A stretch of 64,000 nucleotides of DNA from Chlorokybus atmophyticus. Lineage: Eukaryota > Plantae > Mesostigma and Chlorokybus algae. How positions within the stretch are numbered: the first letter of the stretch is position 1; every line of letters starts with the position of its first letter. The notes below the pieces were generated by a model. That model did no database searches, had not been told where the DNA came from, and saw only the letters and a program-made list of their open reading frames with translations. Shown piece by piece: positions 51,101 through 63,260 of this stretch. Both the position numbers and the translations under genes were made by a program. The stretch lies in assembly GCA_009103225.1 (NCBI GenBank), contig RHPI01003009.1, forward strand, positions 539,354 to 603,353, in the 5' to 3' direction.

Positions 51101-53117
51101 GGCTGCACATAAAGAAGACGGCCCGACAACTCGCGCCAAGCGACTGCGCATGTCAAGTGATGCAAACAACAGCGTCGCTGCAAAGCGCCGGCGCATAGCA
51201 AAGCGGCGCAGCGACAGTCGAAGCGGAGGCTCGAGAAAAGCTACTGTCAGCATCCGATCACTGTCTGATGAAGCGACCGAGGCGAGTTCATTTCAATGTC
51301 TTGCATGCTTTGTGAGGTTCCCATTCAAGTTAATAAGCTGTGTGTATGTTGTCATCACCCGATTGTTGGCCTCTGCAGGCTCTGCAGAACTTGTTTGAGA
51401 AAACATGGTTCCCAACGCGGGAAGAGCAGGATGCAACGACCAAAAGCCTATCCATATCTCGTGAGTTGGTGAGTGCATGGGCATTGGTAGCATATGTGGT
51501 ACCGCGTGACATGTGTAACCACATGTGTGATGTCCTGTTGCACTTGTTGAGTGGGTGTGGTATGTGTGCAGATGATTAACTGGTTTAAGAATGCGCGAAG
51601 AAAGGCCAAGTATCACAACACCGCAAAGCAGCCGCCAGCTGAGGTGGAGACACCTGAACCAGCATCACCTCCTCAGACACGCACAACGGCTTTGAGCATA
51701 CGCTCCCTGTCAGAGGAGGCAACTGCGGTATGCAGTGTTCATGCAACTGGCTGCCTGTTGCAGCTGGCTGCTGCAACGTTCAGTGTCATACCATATGCAG
51801 CACTCGCACATTATGCACGCCTCAACACAAGTTGGTTACGATGACATCATGCAGGGTATGAAAGAAGTGTTTGAGAGTAAGTGGTTTCCAACCCGAGAAG
51901 AACAGGATGACATGGCCGACAAGTACTCCATTCCTCGTGAGCTGGTAAGCCACTCTTCTGCAAACAATATCTTGCACGAGCCTCTGTCTGCGACATAAGA
52001 CTGCAATTTGATGTCATTTCTGTGTCACCTTGACACTCAGCACATCAGCGGTTGTATGGCTTTCGTGGCCAATGCTGTATCTGATGGTTCGCTTGTCAAA
52101 AGCATAAGCACTCTTCCGCATGTTGTACTTGTTTCAGCGATGCATTCCCGTCCATCCCATGTAACTTGTTGTTGTTTGCTGTCGCAGGTGATCAACTGGT
52201 TCAAGAATGCACGGCGCAAAGCCAAAGACCTGGAGCAGAAGTTGCGCAAAAAGCATCGCAGCTCCAACCCGCCGACGCCCAGGTCAAAAAGCGAGCACAG
52301 CACAGAGCGGAAGCCCACAGCTGCACCAGAGAGTCTGCAGCCACCACAAATGTCTCCCGGGCGCATTGCGAGCATGCAACCACGCACACGAGGCGCTGTA
52401 CGCAAGGAGTCAGAGGAGCTGGAGGCCATAGAGAAGAGTGAGTTAGTCGCCAGTCCCAAGGCGCCCAAACGCAAGCGATCCCCGCAGAAGCCAGGAGCTA
52501 CCGCCCGCGCACTTGGCAAACGCCAGATAAAGGTCAAGGCGCCTTGGTCGCCGAATGAGAGCAGCGAGCAGCCTGTGAAGACAGATGATGCATTGGAGCA
52601 GCTATTGTCAGCCGCTAAGGCTGTTGCCACGGGCAAAGGCAGCAAGAAGCAGCTGACATTCTCCTCCGAGGAAGAGAAGGGAGCATCGCGCAAGCGGTCT
52701 GCAAGCAAGCAGCCTGATGTTGAAGCAGTGGCCAAACAGGGAAGGACTTCTTCCTCCACAGCCACACGCTCGGACTCTGAAGTAGAGGCAACAGAGGACC
52801 AGGCCCATGATGACAGCGATGTTCCTGAGGGAAGCGCAGCAACCCGAGAACCAAGCGGGAGCGTGCTTGATAAAGCAACTGCTGTCGACGATGCACCCAA
52901 GCGGGAGATTGAGGGACGCTTGCATGCTGCACCCGCGGACTTCAAAAGGCCTCAACAGCAGCCATCAGTGCTGAAAATGGAGGATGACAAGGCGACTGCA
53001 GACATGGTGGTCTCCCAGCAGACTGATTCAAGCGCAGTTGATAGTGCACATGACGCACCTGCGGGCCCAGCCAAGGAAAGCAGTATGCCGCCAGCTGAAC
53101 GTGCTATAGAAGGGTAG
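48102..53117 (+). CDS. PRH: PHD-finger homeodomain protein (PRH/HAT3.1 family) with two homeodomains
   Basis: [82 protein letters not shown]; acidic tract; two ..WFPTREEQ..REL|.INWFKNARRK homeodomains. Confidence 0.93.
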
Positions 53118-53929
53118 TTTTTGAGTTTATTGTATAGAGGCTGCTTTGCTGTGTTTTGCTGGCTATTGTAGAGCACGCTAGCCAGCCACTTGCGCAGCCA
53201 ACGAACTTGCACTGCATAGGTAAGCCATGCACATGTCATGTTTGCACCTAAGCATATACTTCACCTTGCAGTCTTGTCGACCGTGGCTGTCCTATGCAGC
53301 GATGCACTTGCTGCATTTGCTTACAAAAGCCATTTGAGCTTTGTTATACATTTGCTGCAGCGTGAGACGAAGATCTTCTGGTAAGGACTCAGCGAGTTCG
53401 TCGTAGCAGGTAAGTTCCCGAACATACACATGCCCTTGTTGCCCCTCGACCTCCATGATGAAGTGTGTTTTCAATCGTTGTCCGATGGTGAGCGTGTGAG
53501 GTCCACGGCAACACACATGTATATACGCACAAGAAGCAAGGCAGTAGAAGCACCAAAAATTACATTACGTTTACATATTGTAGTTGTTTTAGTCCAGGCC
53601 CATGGGGCTTTTTAATAAGAAGGCTTGTACTTCTTATTAAACTTTGGCGACTAAGAGTCTTTGAATGACGCAATCTTGCATAAATGGTGTAAAAATGGTG
53701 GTACAAATCTTGAGTGCAATACATATACGTACCGGTAGATAGATGCCATGATTGCATTGTGGTTTTGAACTTGAACCTAATGCATATGTCAATTGCTTGC
53801 AAATGTAAATGGTGCATGGTTACATGAAGATATGTACGCATTTGCAATGCAATCTTAAACTATGCTACAGCGTATTACTGTGATTGTAAGAGGGATTATG
53901 TTAGCGCTGCTTTATATCATAACATCGGT

Positions 53930-54417
53930 TGTGTCATGGTGATGACCCTCGGCACGCACTCCTTCCTCACACCCCTTGTGCGCTCACACCAGCATTATGA
54001 GTGGTTAAACCAGATCACCAGGAGTCGGACATCGTGACAAGACCCATCGACACCGCTCTTCGGTGTCAGCCAATAAGGACAAGAGTAGTGGCGGCCGCCG
54101 ACATCGACAGCTTCCTTAAGCAACCTTTAGAGAATTAGTCGGTAGTAAGTTGCAAGTAAGCGGACTAGCGTAGAAGCGGCGGCGTTCCTTCTAAGACTTT
54201 GGAAAGTCACCATTAGATAAGGTGAACCGCGTGCATGCACGCTGCCTTATGTAAGAGTTGAACTTGTAAGAGCTGTTGCCCAAACTCCTTGCTATATACC
54301 TTTTGCTCCGCTACTGCCTTGCCCTGGGTGCTCTATCTCTCTCTTGCATTGTTGTATTAAACTCGTGGCGATGCCACCGCCCCGTTGCCTGCGGACTGCA
54401 TCCTCCTCTGCCTAACA
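53930..54417. mobile_element. Probable solo LTR (488 bp) with 4-bp TSD
   Basis: TGT...ACA termini flanked by CGGT (53926-53929, 54418-54421); internal TATATA and ATTAAA; no tRNA PBS follows. Confidence 0.7.
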
Positions 54418-54928
54418 CGGTACTCTGCATGCCTTGCACACCCACAATCGCGGTTGTAGGCATCCACTAGCTTGCTGTTTGGTGAGTGCTTGCAGCACGT
54501 AAACTCGCCTTAGCAAACTTGAGTCACTCAAATTTCATGTGTGACGGTCACACATGAACATACTTGCATGACTGATGAGCGCTTGTCCATATTCATCCTG
54601 ATCTAAGAAGCTTGATCTAAGAAGCTTGTTGACTTGCAACTTACTCCACAGCACATAGTCATCACTTAAGGTGTTTGTGTGTGTTTTGCCTTGTTCGTGT
54701 TTGTTGCGTGCGTGTGCATGCGTCTTTGAAGCCAAGGGCTCAGCTGGGGAACCCGGTAAGCAAGAACACAGAGGGTGGAGGCGAGCTGATCCTGCTACCA
54801 CGCTAGCGGTTTTCACTCCAGCACCTCCCTCCTCGACAGACGAAGGAGTGGGTGACCACAACCCACCAGTCACTGCAGCCTTCCTACCTCCTTCTCATTG
54901 CGACCCCAATTTCGGAAGTGAAGAAGAC

Positions 54929-56020
54929 ATGGCTGCCCCCAGCGGCAACCGAGGCAGCAATGGAAGCAGCGGCAGCGGAAGGAAGCTGGTGTTCACGGAA
55001 GCAGTCGGCTCCATCTCATTGAAGGGCTGGCTCAGCCGCTTCAACTCCATTATCTTAGCGGTGAAGGTATGAGCCCGAAATAGCTGGATGACAAGCAGAA
55101 GTTCATCCACGCTGCAGAGTATTTAGATGACGTCGTGATAGCTGTGTGGCACAAGGTTGCCTCTGTTCATGAGCTTTTGGAAGACGAGATACCGCTGCGC
55201 TCCGGCTCCTCCCAGAGTCCCACTGTCTCTGCTGTGGAACGACTGGGTGCCCCGCGCGCATTGCCCCAAGCTGATGTACGCGTTACTCGAGCGCCACCAT
55301 CCACCCGCACGGAAGCCACTGCTACCAGCAGCAGTGCCTCGGGCACCACCTCCACTGCCACCATTGCACCTTGCGTGCCTCCGATAATGCAGGAAGATGA
55401 GACCACTGAGGCTTATGGCCAGCAATACAGTGCTGCAGTCGCCGCTTACGCCCTCACATTGGCAGCAGCTTCTCCTGCCATAGCACCTCCTGCAGCTTGT
55501 CTTTCACCAGCTGAGAAGGACGTCTCCACCTTGGCAGCACTCTCACCATGGGCAAGCTTGGTTCTTCGCCTGAGCCAATGCGTTCCCGCTTACACCATTG
55601 AGAATGCACAAGACCTCATCAAGTTGAGGAGGAGACGCAAATCCAGTTCTACGAGCGCATTGCTAATCTGGTTGAGGACACCACCCTTAACGAGATGCCT
55701 TTCCTCAATCCTTATCATTTGGCACGTGTGTATGTGGAGAACCTTGATCCACCCCTGCAAGCCTTTGAAGGCTGACCGTGTGGCGAAGCCAACTACACCA
55801 GTGCGGGGCTTACATGCGCGCTGGCGGGAAGATTTGGTTCCAGAGCAGGCTCTTTTTGAAAGCTTAGCGGCCTGGCGCATCGCACTAGCAGCCCTGGCCC
55901 AGCCTCCGCCTCTGCGCCTCCCAAGCACACTCGCTCTGCCCATGCGGTTGAGTAGAGGACAGCTCCTCTCGACCCTATCACAGGTGCGGCAAAAAGGGCA
56001 CTTCATCTGAGTATGTACGA
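54929..56020 (+). pseudogene. Decayed Ty3/gypsy-type gag with a broken CCHC knuckle
   Basis: SLKGWLSRF..LDDKQKFIHAAEYL..VIAVW; EEETQIQFYERIANL..LARVYVENLDPPLQ; RCG.KGHFI*VC at about 55980-56016; several frameshifts and stops. Confidence 0.6.
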
Positions 56021-56499
56021 TGCCACGCGCTAATGCCCTTTGCGGTTGCTCCGGCGTGGAGAGACATCTCGAGGTCGGTTTTTACACGCTGCATCCAGTG
56101 TTGAGAGAAAGTCTGAAGGCAAAAACCTCTTCAGTCGGCACTGACGCCGACTACAAATGAAACAACAACAACAACAAGTGGAAGGGCAAGGGCAAGCCCG
56201 GCCCCTTCAACAGCGGTAAAGCCGTGGGCAAGCATAAACGCAAAATTGCCTCTGTCGTCCGAGGCACCACCAGCCTTCACAGTGAGCGCAATGGGCTTCT
56301 CGCAGAAATCGTGGATGTACGCAACCGAAGAGATGAGCTAAAGGACCTCCTATATTGCGATCGGTACACCGCCTGCACTGCCACCCGCTTCACACGATTG
56401 ATGGGTGCCACGCGCCGCTCTCCTCCTCGCTCTCCTCTTAGCTTACCACCTTACCCACCCCCTAGCCAGTCTCCTTCACCACCGTCGCAACGGCCACGG

Positions 56500-57474
56500 G
56501 CTGGTCCACCACCGCTGTAACCACTCCAGCTCCCACAGCTGAAACCACACCAGCTCCTTCACCGAAGCAGCTGCAGGAGTAACGACAAGCTAAATGGCAT
56601 ATGGCCATGTTCACTATCCGCCCATTGCGGGCCCCTGCAGTCACACCTCCCGATCTGCAGGAGTTTCGCCAAGCTGCATGGCAAAACGCATTACAAGCTG
56701 TTCGCCACCAACCCCGTTAGTTGACACATTTACCTCCCTCCCACACGGACTTTATTGCCAGTGTTGAGGCATCCGAATCGATGGGGCCAGTTGCAAGTGG
56801 AATGGCGCAACCTTGTTAGAGGCTGCGCCCCACATCAAGACTTACCGAAAAATGATGAGGAATTTTTTGATTGGTCCCATAAGTTTGCCAAGCAGTTGGC
56901 CCTGGCCTACTGCCCCGCACCCCTCACCCCAGCGGACGAGGCAGCCCTCAACGCCTAGGTCGAACGGTCGGATTTATTCACAACCAGTACTACCGAACCA
57001 GGTTTAAGGACCCTCGTGATGATTTCGAGGACGTGCTCGAAAGCTTCCTCATCTCGCAAGTTGCGAGATGAGGACGCGCGCAGTTTGAAGCACGCCATCG
57101 CGGGACGGGTGTGCGAGCTGTGCAGCCTTGTGCACCTAGTTGCAGCTGGTCAGGTGTCCGCTCAACAGCAGATACAGTTAAATGGCCACTTAGACTTGCG
57201 CGACTGGATGATATATTGGGTGCTTAACGGTTTGCGAATGCATGCGGATCGCGACTACGAGCCGCCCAATGAGCTGTCAGCATTAACGGAGCAATGGCTG
57301 ATTGTCTTGGCCATACGGCCGCACATGTACCATCCCAGTCTCCCTGACCCACCACAATCGGCATTCAATTTTACAGCACCCATTATGCTGCACCACACCA
57401 TGGCACAGTTCGAGGATCATGCACGTGAGTTAACATTTGATTCAGAGTACGTAAGCAGGCACCCAATGCGATAA
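56500..57474 (+). pseudogene. Degenerate ORF of unknown, probably TE-associated, origin
   Basis: Protein-like segments (DLPKNDEEFFDWSHKFAKQLALAY; LKHAIAGRVCELC..DWMIYWVLNGL..LTEQWL) interrupted by stops. Confidence 0.35.
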
Positions 57475-58038
57475 CCTCCACCACCGCCAACACCATTGTG
57501 TATGCCTACACCAGCAGCGGCCAATGCCTTGCAGCAGCTGCTTGTCAACGCGCCAGCCACCCTGCACGATCTGCAAATGTATACACGAGCAACTGCGCAA
57601 TCCAAGCTGCGCAACACACTGCCTGACGTTTTTTTACCATGAATGGTCCATACCTCTAGACTAGGATTTTCCTCAGTTAATTCAAATCGACGAACCATAG
57701 ACGGTCAACACATTCTTCGTCGACAATCGCACCATGTTGCGCCATTTATAGCCGGCGGCACCGGCCACGCCTGACCTGCGGTGCATGAGGCCGCAGCAAT
57801 CCCCGCGGTGGTACTGAAACGATTAGTCATGAACAAGCATATGGTGGGCAATACCCGTCGGCGACAACTATTGGCCGGCGAGTTGCTTATAACAGTTAAC
57901 ATAAGTCGTTAATGTTAATAGTTAGGGTCGAAGTAGCACACGTGTCAAGCAATGAATGTAGTTGCGGCCGTCACCTCAACGGCAGCGTTGCTAGCGACGC
58001 CGCCGAAAGTTTGCGGAAAGTTTGGGAGAGCAAGAACG

Positions 58039-59650
58039 ATGCCGCAAAAGACATTGAAGAATCGGCCTGCGGCTGCTGGCGGGCAGCGCGGCCGGAAGGA
58101 AGCGGCCGCTGGAGCCGCGCAGCCTGAGAAGGCCGCAGAGCAGGCCACTGGAGGTACGGCCGATGAGGGGCAAAACAGCGCGGCCGACAAGAGGCGTGCT
58201 CTGAAGGCTAGGCCTACGCAGCCTGCCCCTATAGCTACGCAGCAGGTGCCGCTGCCGAAGTCACGTGCAGCTGGCGCAGGGCGTGACGCCGTGACGCGGG
58301 AGCAGGGCGTGACTTTGGAAGACAGCCCTCAGAGCTCGTTGTGAAGCTGCCCAAGGTGCCGCCGTCGCCGCAGCAGAGGGGAGGCATTATCATCTGAGGA
58401 GGAAGAGGAGGTGATGAAGAAGAAGCACAAGAACAAGAAGAACAAGAAGAAGAAGGCTTTCACACACAAAAAGAAACACACGTCCTCTTCATCATCGACT
58501 TCATCATTGTCATCGAGCTCATCTCTAAATGATGACAGCTCCGACTCTTCTGCCCAGCATTCAACATGCTTCAAGAAGACTGGCTTCACCAAGCGCCTGT
58601 CGAGAAATACGGAGACGTATGCATTGTGGGAAGAGCACCGCTCGCGCAAACTCTCACTTGGCGTGCAAGCTTGCTTGAGGCAATCGGTCGCACCCTTTTC
58701 ACAGGTCCGCCAGTGTCGCAGATGGTAGCATTTCTCTATCAGATGCTGCTCACGCATGTGCACGGTAGCTTGGACTTCGCAACAACCTTTGCGTCGGGGG
58801 CGCGTGGTATCATCAATGATGCCCGCATCAACCGCGACAAGGAAGACAAGATCATCCGCCGTCTCACCAAGCTTGCCAACACCTTTCAAGGCAAACCGGC
58901 TTTGCAGAAGGCAAAGAAATCCGCTCCTCTATAAGTTCACTTGTTGTTTGCAAGCTGATGTTGTTAACTTGGTCAATCACCACATTCGTTGCAAGTGTTG
59001 GCACTGTCGTAAGTGCACAGTAAGCACCGCGATGCGCAGCGACTACAGGCCATGTGCAATGCACACAAGATACAGAGAGTGCACAATGTGCAATCATCAA
59101 GTTGCACAATGTGCGCATCACCTGTTCTCATGGCTGCACACAATGTGCATGCATCCCTTGGTTAGTCATAAAGCCGCACAATGTGCGCATGCATCGCACA
59201 TAGCGTCTGCTCGCAAGGCTGCACACAATGTGCACGCAGCCCTTGGTTGGTTTAGCTACAAGTCACGCACGGCCAAACGCAATGTGCATGCAGCCCTTTG
59301 TTGGTTAAGCTACAAGTTACGCATGCAGTGCTCATTGTTGGCAATTCTTAACTTGTTGCAACATGAAAGGGCGGAGTGCGCATCCGTGCCTCTGCAAGCT
59401 ACACACAATGTGCATGCAGCACTGCAGCATCGATGTTGCACACGACACATTGTGCGCGTGCAGGCGCTCAGTCGCCGAAGAGGGCAATACCCAATCTCAG
59501 CGTGGCCGCGGTCGTGGTGGCTATGGCCGCGGTGGTCGTGGTGGTTACGGTCGCGGAGGTGGCTATTACCATCAGCAGGCTGCACCCGCTCCACAGGAAG
59601 CATACTATGTCCCCGTGCAAGAGCAGCCACACCTAGCATTGCAGCAGTGA
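58039..59650 (+). pseudogene. DIRS gag-like ORF1 remnant
   Basis: Low-complexity N-terminus, KKKHKNKKNKKKK basic tract, helical core (FLYQML..DFATTFASG..RINRDKEDK), RGG-rich C-terminal piece 59460-59650; frameshifts. Confidence 0.55.
59082..59413. repeat. Degenerate tandem array built on CACAATGTGC
   Basis: Exact copies at 59082, 59105, 59139, 59177, 59224 and 59404, plus a variant at 59279; a longer unit (..GCCCTT(T)GTTGGTT..GCTACAAGT.ACGCA) recurs. Confidence 0.8.
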
Positions 59651-59799
59651 GTGATGCTGTCAGTACAGCTGCGAGTACTTATAGTCCTGTAGTAGTGCAT
59701 GCCGAGAGATGCAGGTGATGGTGTGTATCATGGTAATGCGCAAGCGCGCGTGTATGCATGTATGCGCGCAGCTGCGCATGTCTGAAGCATGTACTGTAG

Positions 59800-62082
59800 T
59801 GTGCCATAAGTGCAGCTCGCAGATGACGTTATGCTATGTGCATGATGCACAGCTGTATGTAACCAGACGGGCACATTTCGCATAGCTGAAGCTAACGGTG
59901 AATTTAAGCATGGTATCATTGACCTGCATGTGCGCAGATATGGCACATCTACAGAACTGGTCGCTATTAGTGACATATGTGACGATGACTTCAGGCAAGC
60001 AGAGTGGGAACCTGCAATGCCAACGTTGGCAGTGGACCCTTAATTCCCACCAGAGCACATTGATGTGATTTTACAAGTGCAACACTGTGCTGCGAGCGTA
60101 CCTGCTGCCCAGCAACAAAACGACAGTTGTTCCACATATGCGGAGTTGTCGCAAGCGTCAAATTTTCTTAGAAGAATGTCCTGACTCTGCAAGCCAATGG
60201 GCAGAGCAGCTGCGCAGTGAAACTCTGGATGCGGAGAACTTTATGGCATCCTATTTGCAGCAACGGCTTACAGCATGGACCACTTGATTTCAATTGACGA
60301 TGCAAAGCAAGAAGACATTTGTGCGTGATTGGTTGCGTTACGGGTATCGCCTTTAATGGGTGGGCACTCAAGCATCGGATCGACGCAAATGGGAAGAAGT
60401 ACGTGCGCTGTTGAATGCCAAAGGCTTCGGTGTTAATGATATTACAACTATGCTGTCACGCAATACCCCAACACCAGTTGTGTTCCGAAATCGCAAGTCC
60501 GCCACAACACATCGCGATTACGTGATAGACAAATTGGCAAATTTGATGAAAATAGAAGCAATCTCTGTTGTGGAAGCGCATGGCGTGGCGGTAGTCACTG
60601 GCATAGGTGTGGTCGAGCGGAAAAAAGGTTTGAGGCGCATTATGGATTTGAGGTATGTCAACCTCTTTTGCACCACATTCCCTTGCGGTATGAGCGATTG
60701 CGAGATGTTTTATTGTAGACCAAGCGCCATTTTTAGCAAGTGACAGCAGATATAAAGTTGGGTTATCATTATGTGCCCATTCATGAGGACAGCAAGCCTT
60801 ATTTGGCTTTGCGAGTTGTTAGAGTTACATACAGATGGAATGTACTGCCATTCAACCTGAATCAAGCATGCTGGTAGTTTACGCCCTTAATGTCAACTGT
60901 CTTCACGCCTTTGCGGGCAATGGGATTTTCTTGCCTTGCCTACATTGACATGCACTTTAGCCATTCCAATCGTTGGCATTTATGGTGGCGCATTTGCTGC
61001 GTACTGCATCTGTTCCAGACGCTTGGCATATATATTTCTGTGAAAAAAAGCCAATTGTGGCTGGAGCAAATGGTGCAGTTGTTGGGTCTGCTGGTAGACA
61101 CAGTGACCGGCTCTTTTGCCATACCTTCAAGCAAGCTGGTCAAGCTATTGCAGCTGATGAAAGAATTGGCAAAGGCTCCTACATTGAAGAAGCGTTACCT
61201 GGCACGCATTGCTGGCAAATTGATCGCATTGAAGCTAGCATTTGCACCTGCAAGCATTTATGCTTGCCAGTTGATGCGTCTCGCGTTGGCCACGAATGCA
61301 TGGGACGACACTGTGAGTGATATGAACGCCTTATGGCAATTTATGATTCGACTGCTGCTGGCTTGCAAACCTGTAATGGCAATGCTTGGTGGAAGCCCCC
61401 AGTGCGGCTTGAGCTGCATGTGGATGCTTCAGGTACAATTGGTTGGGGGGCGACAGGGCCTTGGCCTCGCATGGCAGGCAACTTCAAGCCTGAGCATATG
61501 TCACTGTCTTCGGCCGTGAAGGAGGCACTAGCTTATGTGCAAGCGTTCACTGAAGTGGCGTGCACGCAGATTTCTAGCATTGTACAGTGCGCATTGTTGG
61601 CAATTGTCAACCGGCGATTCAAGTATGCTAAACAAGCTGTCTGCTTTGGAGCCTCACATGCTGCAGGCTTTACATCGGTTATGGTCTCTGTGCTAGGAGC
61701 GCGATATTGCTGACTTGTGTGTGGCGCTCGTGTGATGCGCTGCGCGATGCGGACGCATTGTCCAAGTTCATTGATAGAGGGGATGGCACTGACCGCGGAC
61801 GCAACTGCGCTGTTACAGCAGCATGTTGGACGCTTTACATTGGATTGTTTTGCGGCTGATTGGAACAGCAAAGCCTCTGCTTATTTCAGCTACATGCACA
61901 TGCCTGGAAGCTTGAGAAATGCTCTAACTACCAACTGGCGTGATGTTGTTAAACGCTTGGGAGGTGGCTTTGTTTGGTGTCATCCGCCATTGGCTCTCCT
62001 GCATGAAGCCATAGCGTTACTGCTGTATTACCAGATGCCAGCTGTGGTGTTGGTGCTTGAATGGCACTCTGCTGCGTGGTGA
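59800..62082 (+). pseudogene. DIRS RT-RNaseH followed by a DAM-like methyltransferase domain, disrupted
   Basis: KGLRRIMDLRYVN, DIKLGYHYVPIH, YRWNVLPFNL, LRAMGFSCLAYID (YIDD broken), VQLLGLLVDT, LARIAGKLIA, LHVDASGTIGWG, SSAVKEALA; MT-like FTLDCFAADWNSK..YFS..NW..WCHPP. Confidence 0.88.
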
Positions 62083-62108
62083 CCAGTGTTCCGCAACTGG
62101 CAGTTTGC

Positions 62109-63260
62109 TTAGTGAGTGCCTGTGTTGCTTTGGGGCATTGGGTAAGCGTACCTTTCGTGTAAATAACGGTGCATGATGGCAGATCTTCTCCATGTGCTTT
62201 GAGCATGTATTTCTTCTAGAGTAACACCAGCATGGAAGGCGCTTTGAGCGGCACCACGCCTGAAAGAGTGCAACCCCAGGTGAGGCCTATATATGCCACA
62301 TGCCTTGCAACAGCGCACAACCGCATGGTATGCATAATTGCTAGACATGTTATGCTCTTCCCACTTTGACCTATTCTTGGCAACAGGCCGAAATAGAGGA
62401 CCAGCCGTGATGGCGAAGCAGCTTCCGCGACAGTAGGTTAGATAGGCATATAGCACTTCAGGGAACTTTACAGGCAGACTACTGCTGCACACTTGTATGC
62501 TAGGTGCACCTCCGGTGCTGCAGTTCTAGAGATGTGTGACAGTGGCCATCAGCCTGGAACCTGCCACATGTATCTAGTGCATCTGTAAGCGCGCACCTTC
62601 ACCACCCCGTTGCCATGTGCACCATAGGTATACACAAAGTGCATAGTCGCGGCAGAGCACCGCCTTGTCACATGTGACCATCAATGGCGGAGGTATGGTA
62701 CACAGCTGCTGCTGGAAGTATTGGATCAGCACGCGCATGTCGTTAATTGCCGATGGCACAGCAGCAATAGGTTGAACGTCTTGCCGAGCAGCAAACTTGG
62801 CATACCCTTGACGGAACTCGCGCACGTCCATGGACAGAATCGGGTTCCCTGTAGACATGTTGCTATCCCAAGGGCTGATGCGTCCTAGCATTCTGAACGA
62901 GCATGTGAGATGTGAGATCACATTGTTCAGTGTAGTGCTGGAGATCATGTGATGGCCTTGGCGGTCAAGCCTGCCAGCCTTGCCAATGTGTGTGTTGGTG
63001 CAATGCCAGCAAGGTAGCTTGTGACGACAGCTGGGGTGACATTGGCAACGGCAATGTAGAGCTCGGGATGTTGCAGGTAGTTGGCAAACTCTTGCTAGGC
63101 GCGATCGTGTTGATTGCGAGTGTCATCAGATACAGATTCACGGCTGATGCGCTCCACTTCCAACAGCGCTGCCGCTGCTCGCTGTCGCAGATTGCAACTG
63201 ACTACTCGTTGAGGACGAACCGTTGCGCGTGCGGTGCGTTGAGCATCAGCAGAGTGTTGC
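62109..63260 (-). pseudogene. Tyrosine recombinase of the DIRS element, antisense to RT
   Basis: TRNQHDRA*QEFANYL (SAM-like N-terminus), GNPILS..FRQGY..AVP, LWCTWQRGGE (catalytic R), GPLFRP, LHSFRRGAA..TWRRSAIMHRY (HxxR..W..Y). Confidence 0.88.

Noticed and set aside
54600-54627. 14-bp tandem duplication GATCTAAGAAGCTT x2
   Set aside because: Real, but most simply explained as local slippage or an excision scar; no further evidence.
59082-59413. Repeat-spacer-like pattern suggesting a CRISPR array
   Set aside because: Short irregular units with related spacers in eukaryotic TE context; no cas genes.
61717-62082. Possible retrotransposon-borne C5 DNA methyltransferase
   Set aside because: Motifs (DCFA..N, HPP) fit the ordinary DAM-like DIRS domain; no PCQ or ENV C5-MTase motifs.
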